From: an uncultured Thalassotalea sp.
GTDB lineage: Bacteria > Pseudomonadota > Gammaproteobacteria > Enterobacterales > Alteromonadaceae
DNA: 32,000 nucleotides
Reading direction: 5' to 3'
Assembly (NCBI GenBank): GCA_947492575.1
Contig: CANLNK010000002.1
Span: 127,304-159,303, forward strand
The notes below the pieces were generated by a model. The model was given only the letters and a program-made list of their open reading frames with translations, ran no database searches and had not been told where the DNA came from. Below, one piece after another: positions 8,472 through 17,770 of the stretch; position 1 is the first letter of the stretch, and every line of letters starts with the position of its first letter. The translations under genes were made by a program, and so were the position numbers.

Positions 8472-11400
8472 TAAAAAGCACTCCTTGTAATCAATGAACG
8501 CTCTTGAATCAGGTCTAAATATTCGTAGTCATTAACTAGAGTTGTTATTTGTTTTTCAAAAGCATCATCACAAATAGGGTTTCCATACCATCCGACTCTG
8601 ACGCTGTTTATCTGCATATTGAACCTACCACCTTGCAGCGCGTTTAAGTTTGCCAGGATATGTCCCGAAAATTGCTCTCCACTTGAATCAAGCCAATCAG
8701 TTATTTCATCTATCTTATTTGATACGTACAAGCGAGGATCAACACTAAGGACAGGCAACTCCTGCATATTCAATAAGTTATCTTTGTGGAGTTCATTAAC
8801 AATAGGAATAACAGCTTCATCGCCTTGCTGACTGCCTAAGTAAATGGCTGCACAATCTAAAAAGGCCTGAGGTTTCTTTTTAACTCTCTTCTCATAAACT
8901 AGCGGGCAACTTACCTGGAAAACTTCATCCCGAGACGCAGAATTACAAAGCATAGCCAATGTATTTGGTGCGATGAATAACGTACCTGCTTGTACGTATA
9001 CCCAGTATATCTCGTTCGAATTGCTTCTAGCGGTAACTGTAAGGTCAATAAATACGTCGTCAAAGTAGTTTTCCAATAGCCCTTTTGCGTTTATCTTTTT
9101 CAATTTACTCACGTCACCTTCAGTTCCGACTACAATAGTCAGTGCTGACAGTTTTTTAGCAGAATGAAACTGAGAAGAAAACGATGTAAGTGTTGCCATT
9201 AATGCGTCGAATGTTGCATTTTTAGCATTAACAACCACGCTAACTAATTTGCCTGATAAATCATGCTGTTCTGTTAATCCGTCTGGATGCTGAGGCATTA
9301 ATAACTCAGCCTCGCTCACTTGATTATTGAGTGGTTTAAAAACCACCTCATCGACCGCGTATTTCGTCGCCACAGGTAAAGTTCTACTCTCGCTATAGGC
9401 ATTGGTAGCAGCACTTAAACGAATGGGCGTTGTGATAATACTGTGTCTTTTGAAGCTATGTGGAGCAACTACAGAATATACACATTTTGTAAACTGATTT
9501 AACTCTTTTACCTTGACTTGAACAATATCAATCAACAAAGATAGGCTAGGAAAATGCTTGCCACATATGACATAGTCGGGTTCAGCGCTAGCTTCTTCAT
9601 TACTTTTACTTTCTTGTGGAGCTCGTGTTTTTAATAACTGCATTAAGTAGTTAGCACTGTGTTGCCTTAGCCCATTTTTGTGATCGACATTATCAATTCC
9701 ACAATAAACAATGCCTAAAAGGTGTTTTGACCAAGCTAAAAATGAATGAGTAAAAAGCAGCTCATTACCATTACAGCCACTAATATCAACATCAACCACC
9801 CTAGTGCCGCAGCCAGAACTGTGTCGCAACTTGCAAACAAAACCAAAACTTCGCTCAACAAATTCCGCCTTGTCTTGATAATTTAAGGTGTTGTGCACCC
9901 CTCCTACGAGCATACTCGGAAAAGGAAGCATAGCCGCATTGTATATTTGACCTTGAGCATCACTTTCTACTAGCAGTAAAGGCATGAAATCATCAAGCAA
10001 TGTTACTGATATCGCTTCAAGTGAATCTGCGGCAAACGAAAACGTTTTTACTAATGCAAGACTCGGCTTTTCATTATTGGCGTTTAACTGTCCTTGATAC
10101 ACTCTCACTGTGTGTTCGGGATTAATAGTGGCAATCTTTTGCCAATAAAATGTGAAAGTTGCGGTACCGGTTCGTTCAATCAAGCTGAATTTTTTCAAGC
10201 AACTCAGTAATGCAGCTTTACTCCCTTCATCATCACTGGAAGGTGGCAGCTCTACAACTTTGCTACACCAAGTTACTGAAGCGGGGCTTGCTCCTATCAA
10301 GCTGGCAAAGCATTGCAAACTAGTAAGAGTATTACTTTCAACCTCATCAAGACTACCTAAAACGGTGCCTAATACTTCTACTGGTTTATTGATAGATGAA
10401 TCGAATGCTTTGGTCTGTTGTTTCTTTATTTTAGTCTCAACGATTACTTTTTGAGAATAAGGCTCAGGAGCAACATCCTCTAAGGATAGATCAGCAGGGA
10501 CTGTAACATTGGTTTTTGATTGTTTTATCTTGCGACTTTCTGAACGACCGTATAGCTCGTAGTGGAGTAGTGCATTTACCCCAGCGCTTTGCACGTCTTC
10601 ATTATGTTCAAGATAATATGCAGTATTGAATTTAGGGCTAGGATCTCTCTTATCCTCATTACCATACTTTAAGTAGTGTTCAAGCGCCGCGATCCCAGCT
10701 TTTTGGACATCAGAGTAATTTTGTACATACCAAGACTCATCAAAAAAGTCACTATTTTTTATTATTTCTAATTGTGCTCGAGAAAGACCACTTGGGCGAT
10801 TAAGTAATCGTGCAGCAATACGACCAGGCACAGCCAATAATGATTGACGCCATTTACTCATAATTTGCTTGCCCTCGGATAGCTTTGGCAATATGGTCGA
10901 TATAACACGCTTTTTTGGGACCTCTCCATGGTTCAAATTCATACTTTGGTTTAATTTACTAAACTGTGAAGACTGTTCCGACTCAATATTGGTAAGCTTT
11001 ATTGACGCATCAAGAAACTGCTTTTGCAAGGCACTATTGCCTTCCGCTATTGCATCAAGCAACTGCTTTTCTAGAGTAGTCTTATCTTCCACCATTGCGT
11101 CAACCTGACTATGTACCTCTGTTAGTTGCTGTTGCAAGGCTGCGTTTTCTTCAAGCAGGGTATCAAGCTGTTGACCGAAAGTAGCTTCCATTTTCATTTG
11201 TGTATTAAAAACATCATCGAAAGATTCCTGCAAACTGGTTAACCGGTTTTGAACGCTTTCTTTATCTTTCAATAATTCAATATATGACACTTCAATTTTC
11301 AGGGCTTCTTCCAACCTAGCCTCGTTCTCTAAAAGGCGGCTTTCGAGTGCGACTTTTTGTTCTCTTATTACGTTCAGTGCATCTTTTTCGCCATCTAGTA

Positions 11401-12631
11401 ACTGCTCTAAATCAGATTTACTTGTTGCTTCAGCTGATAACGCTTGCTTCAATGCTCCAATTTCTCTGTCTTTATTACCAATTTCACTGTTCAGCTTGTC
11501 GATTAAGTGTTGACTTTGGCTAGATTCACTATCCAGTTTCTCATGCAATGAGTGTTGATGTTGAACTACATCTTTACGCACTGCCTCCATGGTCTCCAGT
11601 GCTGTTGACATGCTTGCAGCCATATCTGATTGAGCTTTTAAATTAGTACTCAACAGCTCATTTTGCGAAGTCAACTCAGAAACTTTTAATTCAAAATCTT
11701 TCTCTTTTTCTTTGAAAGAATGTATCTTTTTTCCTTTGTTATTTGACTCTACTAAAAGACCATGAATGAAGAGCCCTACATCCTTCATCAGGAAGTCAAA
11801 CTTCCCCCTAATCTCATCTAGAGTGTCTTGTTCATGTTCAGTGGCCAGCTGCTCCTTCTTTGCCAGAGCTGACAAGGTTTCATGCATCATCTTGATTACA
11901 GAAGTCACTGCTGAACTAGCCTCAACCCAATCACCTTCAACATTATGTCTATGGTCTGAAGAAATAATATTTGTCGCTTGACCAATAGCTGTAGTCAGCT
12001 CATTAGGTAATTCAATGGAAGAAAACAAAAGATTGTGAATTTTTTCCATGACCTTATTAGGCCGTTCTATTAGCTGAGCGTAACTAACGAATACCCTATC
12101 TCTCCCACGAGAAAACAACTCAGCATCAAGTACATATTGTCCCCACAACAATAAGCCATGCAGCTGCGGAAAGTTATTTCTTTTAGTAAGAGAATTTGCA
12201 ACTTCCAATGGGTGTCGGATAGGTAGGACGATTTTGGTTTCAATATCGAGTTGATCTAATGCCTGTAACCAAATTGGCAACAACATACAAAGCCGAGGGT
12301 CTTTAAGAATAAAATGCTTAGAATTCCCGTACTCTGATTCAATCAGATCAATTAATGCTCTGACGTCTTCTTCAGTAAAACGCTCAAAAGCCTCATAATT
12401 GCCAACCGATGAAATGTCATGCCAATTGGATTGTATTTTGCTAAATAAATAGTCATTAAAACGGTTAACTTTGACCGACTCCCAGTGGCCCGTTGGGTTG
12501 CTTTCATTCTCTCCTAACAGAGAATCTGGCAGTTCTAACCCTAAAAAGCTTAACGCTTTGGTCAATACCGAGGTGCCTGAACGGTGCATACCGCAAACAA
12601 TTACACAAAGTCTCTTTTGCTCTTGACTCAT
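8471..12631 (-). CDS. 1386-aa multidomain protein: N-terminal sulfotransferase-like domain, long coiled coil, tandem DV..AG..HY..YG motifs, large unassigned C-terminal region (last ~260 aa possibly GT-A-like)
   Basis: Uninterrupted ORF with an ATG start. At aa 9-150, CVIVCGMHRSGTSVLTKALSFLGL, NPTGHWES, ILKDPRLCMLLPIW and IRHPLEVANSL form the pattern I associate with bacterial sulfotransferase-family domains. Residues ~300-570 contain no proline and are rich in E/K/Q/L, so a coiled coil is likely. Residues 628-700 hold two tandem copies of a ~36-aa motif. At aa ~1128-1175, KLVSVVVNAKNATFDALMATLTSFSSQ resembles the start of a GT2 domain (weak). Confidence 0.6.
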   Translation of the reverse strand: MSQEQKRLCVIVCGMHRSGTSVLTKALSFLGLELPDSLLGENESNPTGHWESVKVNRFNDYLFSKIQSNWHDISSVGNYEAFERFTEEDVRALIDLIESEYGNSKHFILKDPRLCMLLPIWLQALDQLDIETKIVLPIRHPLEVANSLTKRNNFPQLHGLLLWGQYVLDAELFSRGRDRVFVSYAQLIERPNKVMEKIHNLLFSSIELPNELTTAIGQATNIISSDHRHNVEGDWVEASSAVTSVIKMMHETLSALAKKEQLATEHEQDTLDEIRGKFDFLMKDVGLFIHGLLVESNNKGKKIHSFKEKEKDFELKVSELTSQNELLSTNLKAQSDMAASMSTALETMEAVRKDVVQHQHSLHEKLDSESSQSQHLIDKLNSEIGNKDREIGALKQALSAEATSKSDLEQLLDGEKDALNVIREQKVALESRLLENEARLEEALKIEVSYIELLKDKESVQNRLTSLQESFDDVFNTQMKMEATFGQQLDTLLEENAALQQQLTEVHSQVDAMVEDKTTLEKQLLDAIAEGNSALQKQFLDASIKLTNIESEQSSQFSKLNQSMNLNHGEVPKKRVISTILPKLSEGKQIMSKWRQSLLAVPGRIAARLLNRPSGLSRAQLEIIKNSDFFDESWYVQNYSDVQKAGIAALEHYLKYGNEDKRDPSPKFNTAYYLEHNEDVQSAGVNALLHYELYGRSESRKIKQSKTNVTVPADLSLEDVAPEPYSQKVIVETKIKKQQTKAFDSSINKPVEVLGTVLGSLDEVESNTLTSLQCFASLIGASPASVTWCSKVVELPPSSDDEGSKAALLSCLKKFSLIERTGTATFTFYWQKIATINPEHTVRVYQGQLNANNEKPSLALVKTFSFAADSLEAISVTLLDDFMPLLLVESDAQGQIYNAAMLPFPSMLVGGVHNTLNYQDKAEFVERSFGFVCKLRHSSGCGTRVVDVDISGCNGNELLFTHSFLAWSKHLLGIVYCGIDNVDHKNGLRQHSANYLMQLLKTRAPQESKSNEEASAEPDYVICGKHFPSLSLLIDIVQVKVKELNQFTKCVYSVVAPHSFKRHSIITTPIRLSAATNAYSESRTLPVATKYAVDEVVFKPLNNQVSEAELLMPQHPDGLTEQHDLSGKLVSVVVNAKNATFDALMATLTSFSSQFHSAKKLSALTIVVGTEGDVSKLKKINAKGLLENYFDDVFIDLTVTARSNSNEIYWVYVQAGTLFIAPNTLAMLCNSASRDEVFQVSCPLVYEKRVKKKPQAFLDCAAIYLGSQQGDEAVIPIVNELHKDNLLNMQELPVLSVDPRLYVSNKIDEITDWLDSSGEQFSGHILANLNALQGGRFNMQINSVRVGWYGNPICDDAFEKQITTLVNDYEYLDLIQERSLITRSAF

Positions 12632-12727
12632 TTTACAACCATAGTTAACAAAATTGATTACTGCTTATTCTTTAAAATACAAGTAGAAAAAATCATGCCC
12701 TGAATAATTCAAGTAGGCATAGTTATC

Positions 12728-13807
12728 CTAAATTAAGCTCGTCCACCAAGGTTTCTGGTTCAAATACCAAGATATCGTCTTATTAATACCAGTTTCAAAT
12801 GACTCTAGTGGTTCATAACCAAGTTCATTATTAGTTTTGGTAGCGTCTATGGCATAACGACGGTCGTGACCTGCTCGGTCTTGAACAAAAGTGATCAATT
12901 CCTCACTAGATCCATTGGCCGCTTTGACCGCAGCTGGGTACTGAGTTTTTAAATCTGGGTTGGACTCAAACTGCTCATTCATTAATTTGCAAACAACTTT
13001 TACAATATCGATGTTTGCCCACTCATTGTGACCACCAATGTTGTAGTTTTCTCCTATTAGCCCTTTATTCAGAACAAGCTCAATACCTCTAGCATGATCT
13101 TCTACATATAGCCAATCGCGAATTTGTTGGCCATCACCATAAATGGGCAGAGGCTTGTCATGCAAAATATTCGTAATAATGAGCGGAATTAACTTTTCAG
13201 GAAAATGGTACGGTCCATAATTATTTGAACAATTAGACGTCGTCACTTCCAATCCATAGGTGTGGTGATACGCACGAACTAGGTGATCGCTTGCTGCTTT
13301 ACTTGCAGAGTATGGCGAGTTAGGCGCATAAGCAGTTTCTTCAGTAAATGCAGGATCATCTTTTTCTAATGTACCGTAAACCTCATCCGTAGAAACATGA
13401 TGAAAACGATGAGGTAAAGGACTAAGGCCTTTATCTTTGGGCAAATCAATCCAAACTTTTTTGGCTGCTTTTAAGAGCGAGTAGGTACCAATGATGTTGG
13501 TTTCGATGAATGCATCTGGCCCTGTTATGGAGCGATCTACATGAGATTCAGCCGCGAAATGCACAATCGTATTAAGTGATTTTTCCGATAAAAGCTTTTC
13601 TACTAAATTAGTATCACAAATATCACCGTGAACAAACTCGAAATTAGCATTGTTTTCTATCGGCGCTAAATTATCTCTATTTCCAGCATAAGTCAGTGCA
13701 TCTACCACTACCACAGTATCTTGTGGGTTATTTTCCAACCAATAGTGCACAAAATTCGCACCGATAAAGCCGGCACCACCGGTAACTAATAGTTTTCTAT
13801 TTTCCAT
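12728..13807 (-). CDS. rmlB: dTDP-glucose 4,6-dehydratase
   Basis: 359 aa. It has LVTGGAGFIGANFVHYW, the catalytic YSASKAASDHLVRAYHHTYGL, and the conserved C-terminal RRYAIDATK. It sits in an rmlACDB run. Confidence 0.95.
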   Translation of the reverse strand: MENRKLLVTGGAGFIGANFVHYWLENNPQDTVVVVDALTYAGNRDNLAPIENNANFEFVHGDICDTNLVEKLLSEKSLNTIVHFAAESHVDRSITGPDAFIETNIIGTYSLLKAAKKVWIDLPKDKGLSPLPHRFHHVSTDEVYGTLEKDDPAFTEETAYAPNSPYSASKAASDHLVRAYHHTYGLEVTTSNCSNNYGPYHFPEKLIPLIITNILHDKPLPIYGDGQQIRDWLYVEDHARGIELVLNKGLIGENYNIGGHNEWANIDIVKVVCKLMNEQFESNPDLKTQYPAAVKAANGSSEELITFVQDRAGHDRRYAIDATKTNNELGYEPLESFETGINKTISWYLNQKPWWTSLI

Positions 13808-13825
13808 GATTATTTAATTAATTGT

Positions 13826-14710
13826 TTATTCGTTAATGATACGCTGATACGACGATAACATCGCTTCAAGTTGTGACTCCCAGTGCACTGATTGAGCCCC
13901 TAAATAGCTCTCGGTTGGCTGTTTATCCATTACACTGAAATGCGGTCTAGCTGCAGGCGTTGGGTATGCTGAGCTAGAAATCGGCTTGAGCGGAATTGCT
14001 TTAGCTAATATCCCCTGCTTAAGGGCCACCTTTTGGATACTTACGGCGAAATCATACCAGCTGGCTACACCTGCATCACTCCAATGAAATAATTTTCCAT
14101 CTATTTTTGATGCATTTATTACAAGAGTCCAAATTACCTGTGCTAAACCAGCTGCCCATGTAGGCGTTCCAATTTGATCACTAACTACTCCTAACTCTTC
14201 TTTTTCTTGCATTAAACGGAGCATAGTTTTAACAAAATTATTGCCATGCTCTGAATAAACCCAAGACGTGCGAATGATAATGTGATCATTCGGCAATATT
14301 GCTTGAACTTCTAGCTCACCTGCAAGTTTACTTTTACCATAAACACTTACGGGATCAGTTTCGTCTGATGGCAAATAAGGCTTAAAATGTTTGCCGTTAA
14401 ATACGAAGTCTGTTGATATATGAATCAGCTTCGCTTTAACATCAGCACAAGCATTGGCTAAGTATTGACAACCATATTGATTAACTTGGTGCACTAATCC
14501 TACTTCTGACTCAGCTTTATCTACCGCAGTATATGCAGCAGCATTAATGACAACATCTGGCTTTTCCCGAGCTATAACCAGAGCAACTTGCACCGCATCT
14601 TTGATATCTAGTTCATTTGAACCAAATGCTACGACCTCAACGTCACTAGGAATAGACTGCAATAACTCATAGCCCAATTGCCCATTTTTTCCGGTAATGA
14701 GTACTTTCAT
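13826..14710 (-). CDS. rmlD: dTDP-4-dehydrorhamnose reductase
   Basis: 294 aa. It has MKVLITGKNGQLG, YGKSKLAGE (Y-x-x-x-K) and the typical RmlD length, and lies between rmlC and rmlB. Confidence 0.93.
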   Translation of the reverse strand: MKVLITGKNGQLGYELLQSIPSDVEVVAFGSNELDIKDAVQVALVIAREKPDVVINAAAYTAVDKAESEVGLVHQVNQYGCQYLANACADVKAKLIHISTDFVFNGKHFKPYLPSDETDPVSVYGKSKLAGELEVQAILPNDHIIIRTSWVYSEHGNNFVKTMLRLMQEKEELGVVSDQIGTPTWAAGLAQVIWTLVINASKIDGKLFHWSDAGVASWYDFAVSIQKVALKQGILAKAIPLKPISSSAYPTPAARPHFSVMDKQPTESYLGAQSVHWESQLEAMLSSYQRIINE

Positions 14711-14712
14711 AT

Positions 14713-15258
14713 CTAAAATTTAGGTGCCTGATTAAAAAACAATCCGCCTGCATCTTTTGCAGATAAACTTGGCTCTTTTTCATCAACTAAAGGCCAATCT
14801 ATTGCGAGTGTTGGATCATCCCAACGAAGAGAAACCTCAGCGTTAGGGTTGTATACATCGGTACACTTATATACAAATTCGGCCGATTCACTCGTTACAT
14901 AAAAGCCATGCGCAAAGCCTTCTGGTACCCAAAATTGCTTTTTATTCGCTGCTGAAAGGAATACACCGACCCAGTGTCCAAACGTAGGAGAGTGCTCACG
15001 CATATCTACGGCCACATCAAACACTTCTCCTTGAGTTACTCTAACCAGTTTCCCTTGCGTATTCTCTGTTTGATAATGTAAGCCTCGCAAAATACCTTGA
15101 GACGACTTGCTGTGGTTATCTTGCACAAAAACACGCACCCCACAGTTTTGGTTAAAGCTTTCTTGACGAAAAGTTTCCATGAAAAAACCACGTTCATCCC
15201 CAAATACTTGAGGTTCTAATATTTTTACATCGGGAATTGATGTTTCTACAAACAGCAT
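14713..15258 (-). CDS. rmlC: dTDP-4-dehydrorhamnose 3,5-epimerase
   Basis: 181 aa. It has FGDERGFFMETF, LRGLHYQ and GFAHGF, which are cupin-type RmlC signatures. Confidence 0.95.
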   Translation of the reverse strand: MLFVETSIPDVKILEPQVFGDERGFFMETFRQESFNQNCGVRVFVQDNHSKSSQGILRGLHYQTENTQGKLVRVTQGEVFDVAVDMREHSPTFGHWVGVFLSAANKKQFWVPEGFAHGFYVTSESAEFVYKCTDVYNPNAEVSLRWDDPTLAIDWPLVDEKEPSLSAKDAGGLFFNQAPKF

Positions 15259-15260
15259 AA

Positions 15261-16142
15261 TTAGAATATCTTCTCTTCGATTAAATTAAGTAGGTACTCG
15301 CCATAGCCACTCTTCTTTAATGGCTCAGCAATTTCGATTAGCTCTTGTGTTGTTATCCAACCATTTCGGTAAGCAATTTCTTCTGGACAATTAATCTTTA
15401 AGCCCTGTCTTTTTTCAACCGTTGCTATGAACTGGGCAGCAGCGAGTAAATCGTCATGGGTTCCCGTATCAAGCCAGGCAGTTCCTCGTCCCATAATTTC
15501 CACTTTTAACTCGCCAGCACGTAAATACTGTTCTATCACATCAGTAATTTCTAGTTCGCCACGCGGTGAAGGAGTTACATTTTTCGCATATTCTACAACA
15601 TTACTATCAAAGAAATATAAACCTGGCACTGCATATTTTGACTTCGGCTGTAATGGTTTTTCTTCAATGGAGATAGCGACTCCCTGCTCGTCAAACTCGA
15701 CTACACCATAGGCTGAAGGGTTAGCAACATGGTAACCGAAAACTGTACCACCTGACTGTTGTTGATTAGCAGCAATTAATGACTTGGTTAAGTCATGTCC
15801 ATAGAATAAGTTATCACCTAAAACTAACGCGGCGGGTTGCCCAGCAAGAAACTCTTCGGCAATAATAAAAGCTTGAGCTAAACCATCTGGCGAGGGTTGC
15901 ACTGCATACTCAATAGTAACACCAAAGTTTGTGCCGTTCCCTAATAAATCTTCAAATCGACTTAACTCTTGAGGTGTTGAAATAATAAGTACTTCTTTAA
16001 TTCCGGCCTGCATTAATGTTGCGAGCGGATAATAAATCATAGGCTTATCATAAACAGGCATCAACTGCTTACTTACCACTTTAGTTAAAGGATATAGGCG
16101 TGTACCAGAACCACCAGCCAAAATAATACCTTTACGCGACAT
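15261..16142 (-). CDS. rmlA: glucose-1-phosphate thymidylyltransferase
   Basis: 293 aa. It has [17 protein letters not shown], a YGVVEFD segment and the typical RmlA C-terminus. Its start overlaps the wzt stop by 11 nt. Confidence 0.95.
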   Translation of the reverse strand: MSRKGIILAGGSGTRLYPLTKVVSKQLMPVYDKPMIYYPLATLMQAGIKEVLIISTPQELSRFEDLLGNGTNFGVTIEYAVQPSPDGLAQAFIIAEEFLAGQPAALVLGDNLFYGHDLTKSLIAANQQQSGGTVFGYHVANPSAYGVVEFDEQGVAISIEEKPLQPKSKYAVPGLYFFDSNVVEYAKNVTPSPRGELEITDVIEQYLRAGELKVEIMGRGTAWLDTGTHDDLLAAAQFIATVEKRQGLKINCPEEIAYRNGWITTQELIEIAEPLKKSGYGEYLLNLIEEKIF

Positions 16143-16863
16143 TTGCTTTATCCTTTTCTTTTAATGTTTTTGTTGTGTATTGATGGTATTCAGACATTAC
16201 ATTTTCCGTTCTACCTAAAGCCATAATTTTGCCATTATTAAGCCATAAACAACGGTCACATAGTCGAGCAATTTGTTTGGCACTGTGGGAAACGAAAATG
16301 ACAGTTTGGTCACCTTTCATTTTATTTAACAAAGCTCTCTCAGCCTTTTCCTTAAAGGTTCGATCACCAACGCTTAACACTTCATCGATCAGCAAGATAT
16401 CAACATCTAATACCAAACCAGTTGTAAACCCTAGCTTGGCACGCATACCAGAAGAATATGTCTTTACTGGCTGCTCAAAAAAGTCACCAAGTTCTGAAAA
16501 AGCTTTTATTTCTTCCAATTTTTCGGTGGCATCAGCCTTTGAGTAACCATTTAGCATACAACTAATAAGCGCATTATCTCGACCCGTTAATTGGTTATTA
16601 AACCCTAAGCCAAGAGCCAAAAGTGAACGAGTAACATCTCCGAGCCACTCAATGGAACCGGAATCCGGAATTAACACTCCTGCAAGTACTTTTAATAGGG
16701 TTGACTTTCCTGAGCCATTATTCCCAAGTACTCCAAAAATCTCGCCTTTACTAATGGTAAACGAGACATTATCTAAAGCATTAAACTTGAACCGTTTAAA
16801 AAGCCCAGTTCTTACTGAGTATGACAAGCCAACATCTTGCAAACTGACTACAGTGTGACTCAT
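16132..16863 (-). CDS. wzt: polysaccharide/O-antigen ABC exporter ATP-binding protein (nucleotide-binding domain only, no C-terminal carbohydrate-binding extension)
   Basis: 243 aa. It has Walker [10 protein letters not shown], the signature [11 protein letters not shown], and Walker [13 protein letters not shown]. Its ATG overlaps the wzm stop (TAATG). Confidence 0.9.
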   Translation of the reverse strand: MSHTVVSLQDVGLSYSVRTGLFKRFKFNALDNVSFTISKGEIFGVLGNNGSGKSTLLKVLAGVLIPDSGSIEWLGDVTRSLLALGLGFNNQLTGRDNALISCMLNGYSKADATEKLEEIKAFSELGDFFEQPVKTYSSGMRAKLGFTTGLVLDVDILLIDEVLSVGDRTFKEKAERALLNKMKGDQTVIFVSHSAKQIARLCDRCLWLNNGKIMALGRTENVMSEYHQYTTKTLKEKDKANVA

Positions 16864-17654
16864 TAGAGTAATTTCCTTGTTAAGTAATTACTATTCTTAG
16901 TTAACAAAAAAGTACCAAGTATAATAGCCAGAAGCGCCCAACAAGTTATTGATAGCATATATTTAAACTCAAGAACGCCCTGCCACATAAGTACTTCTCG
17001 ATATCCCTGAATTAGCGCAGCTAAGGGGTTTAGTAAGAGCAACATATCTTTTAAGTTAGGGTCTTGTATTAAGTTAACATCCCAAAAAATACCGGAAGTA
17101 AACATAAGGCCCAACATAAAAAGCTGTATTACCATACGAAAGTCTTGCGCTATTGTGACGAAAACAGAAAAGAACGCCGCCACCCCAATAGTCAATAAAT
17201 ATTGTAAAAGGATAATAGGTATGAGATTAAGCCAATGAAATGAGGCGGAAAAGCCATTTACTATTAATACGACAAACAATACGACAAAAGCTATTTGTTG
17301 CTTATAAAAGGCCTCTTGACAATTAACAAGAGGAAACATCGCCTTGGGCATATCCCGCTGCATTAGCAATCCCTTATTTTCGATGAGGCTATTTGCCCCC
17401 GAAGTAACAGCTTTTGAAAACCACAAAAACGAGATTTTACCTACCATCAAAAATGTTAGAAAGTTTTCTCCCCCTCTATACAGTACATACTTGAATACAA
17501 AATAAAAAAGTAACACGTATAACAAGGGTTCAAGCACCCACCATAGATAGCTGAGTACTAGATTATTTGCTTGCGATTTTAATTTCATTAGAGCTTGTGT
17601 ATGAACAAGCGATATAAATCTTGAGGCATTCATGAGAACCAGAGACTCCCCCAC
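16863..17654 (-). CDS. wzm: ABC-2 type polysaccharide exporter permease
   Basis: 263-aa hydrophobic ORF with about 6 predicted TM segments, immediately upstream of and coupled to wzt. The track start is GTG. An in-frame ATG at 17633 (MNASRF...) is an alternative start. Confidence 0.8.
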   Translation of the reverse strand: MGESLVLMNASRFISLVHTQALMKLKSQANNLVLSYLWWVLEPLLYVLLFYFVFKYVLYRGGENFLTFLMVGKISFLWFSKAVTSGANSLIENKGLLMQRDMPKAMFPLVNCQEAFYKQQIAFVVLFVVLIVNGFSASFHWLNLIPIILLQYLLTIGVAAFFSVFVTIAQDFRMVIQLFMLGLMFTSGIFWDVNLIQDPNLKDMLLLLNPLAALIQGYREVLMWQGVLEFKYMLSITCWALLAIILGTFLLTKNSNYLTRKLL

Positions 17655-17770
17655 TCTGGATTAATGTAATATAACGACCATCCTAAGCCGCAGATAAAAT
17701 ACACTAATTAATATCTAGATTAAATACTTTAAAATGTTTTTAAAAGTATCCGCCCACTTTTCATACTAAA

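Noticed and set aside
12569-12592. The P-loop of the 1386-aa coiled-coil protein read as an SMC/Rad50-like or defence-system ATPase
   Set aside because: The loop is G-M-H-R-S-G-T-S, without the Walker A lysine (G-x4-G-K-[ST]). The surrounding blocks (NPTGHWE, KDPR, RHPLEVANSL) fit sulfotransferase-family domains. The genomic context is glycan synthesis, not defence.
12632-12727. Inverted repeat ATGCC...GGCAT in the 96-bp gap between rmlB and the 1386-aa gene, considered as a terminator or operator
   Set aside because: It has 5-bp arms separated by about 16 nt and no T tract. Chance occurrence is likely in AT-rich DNA.
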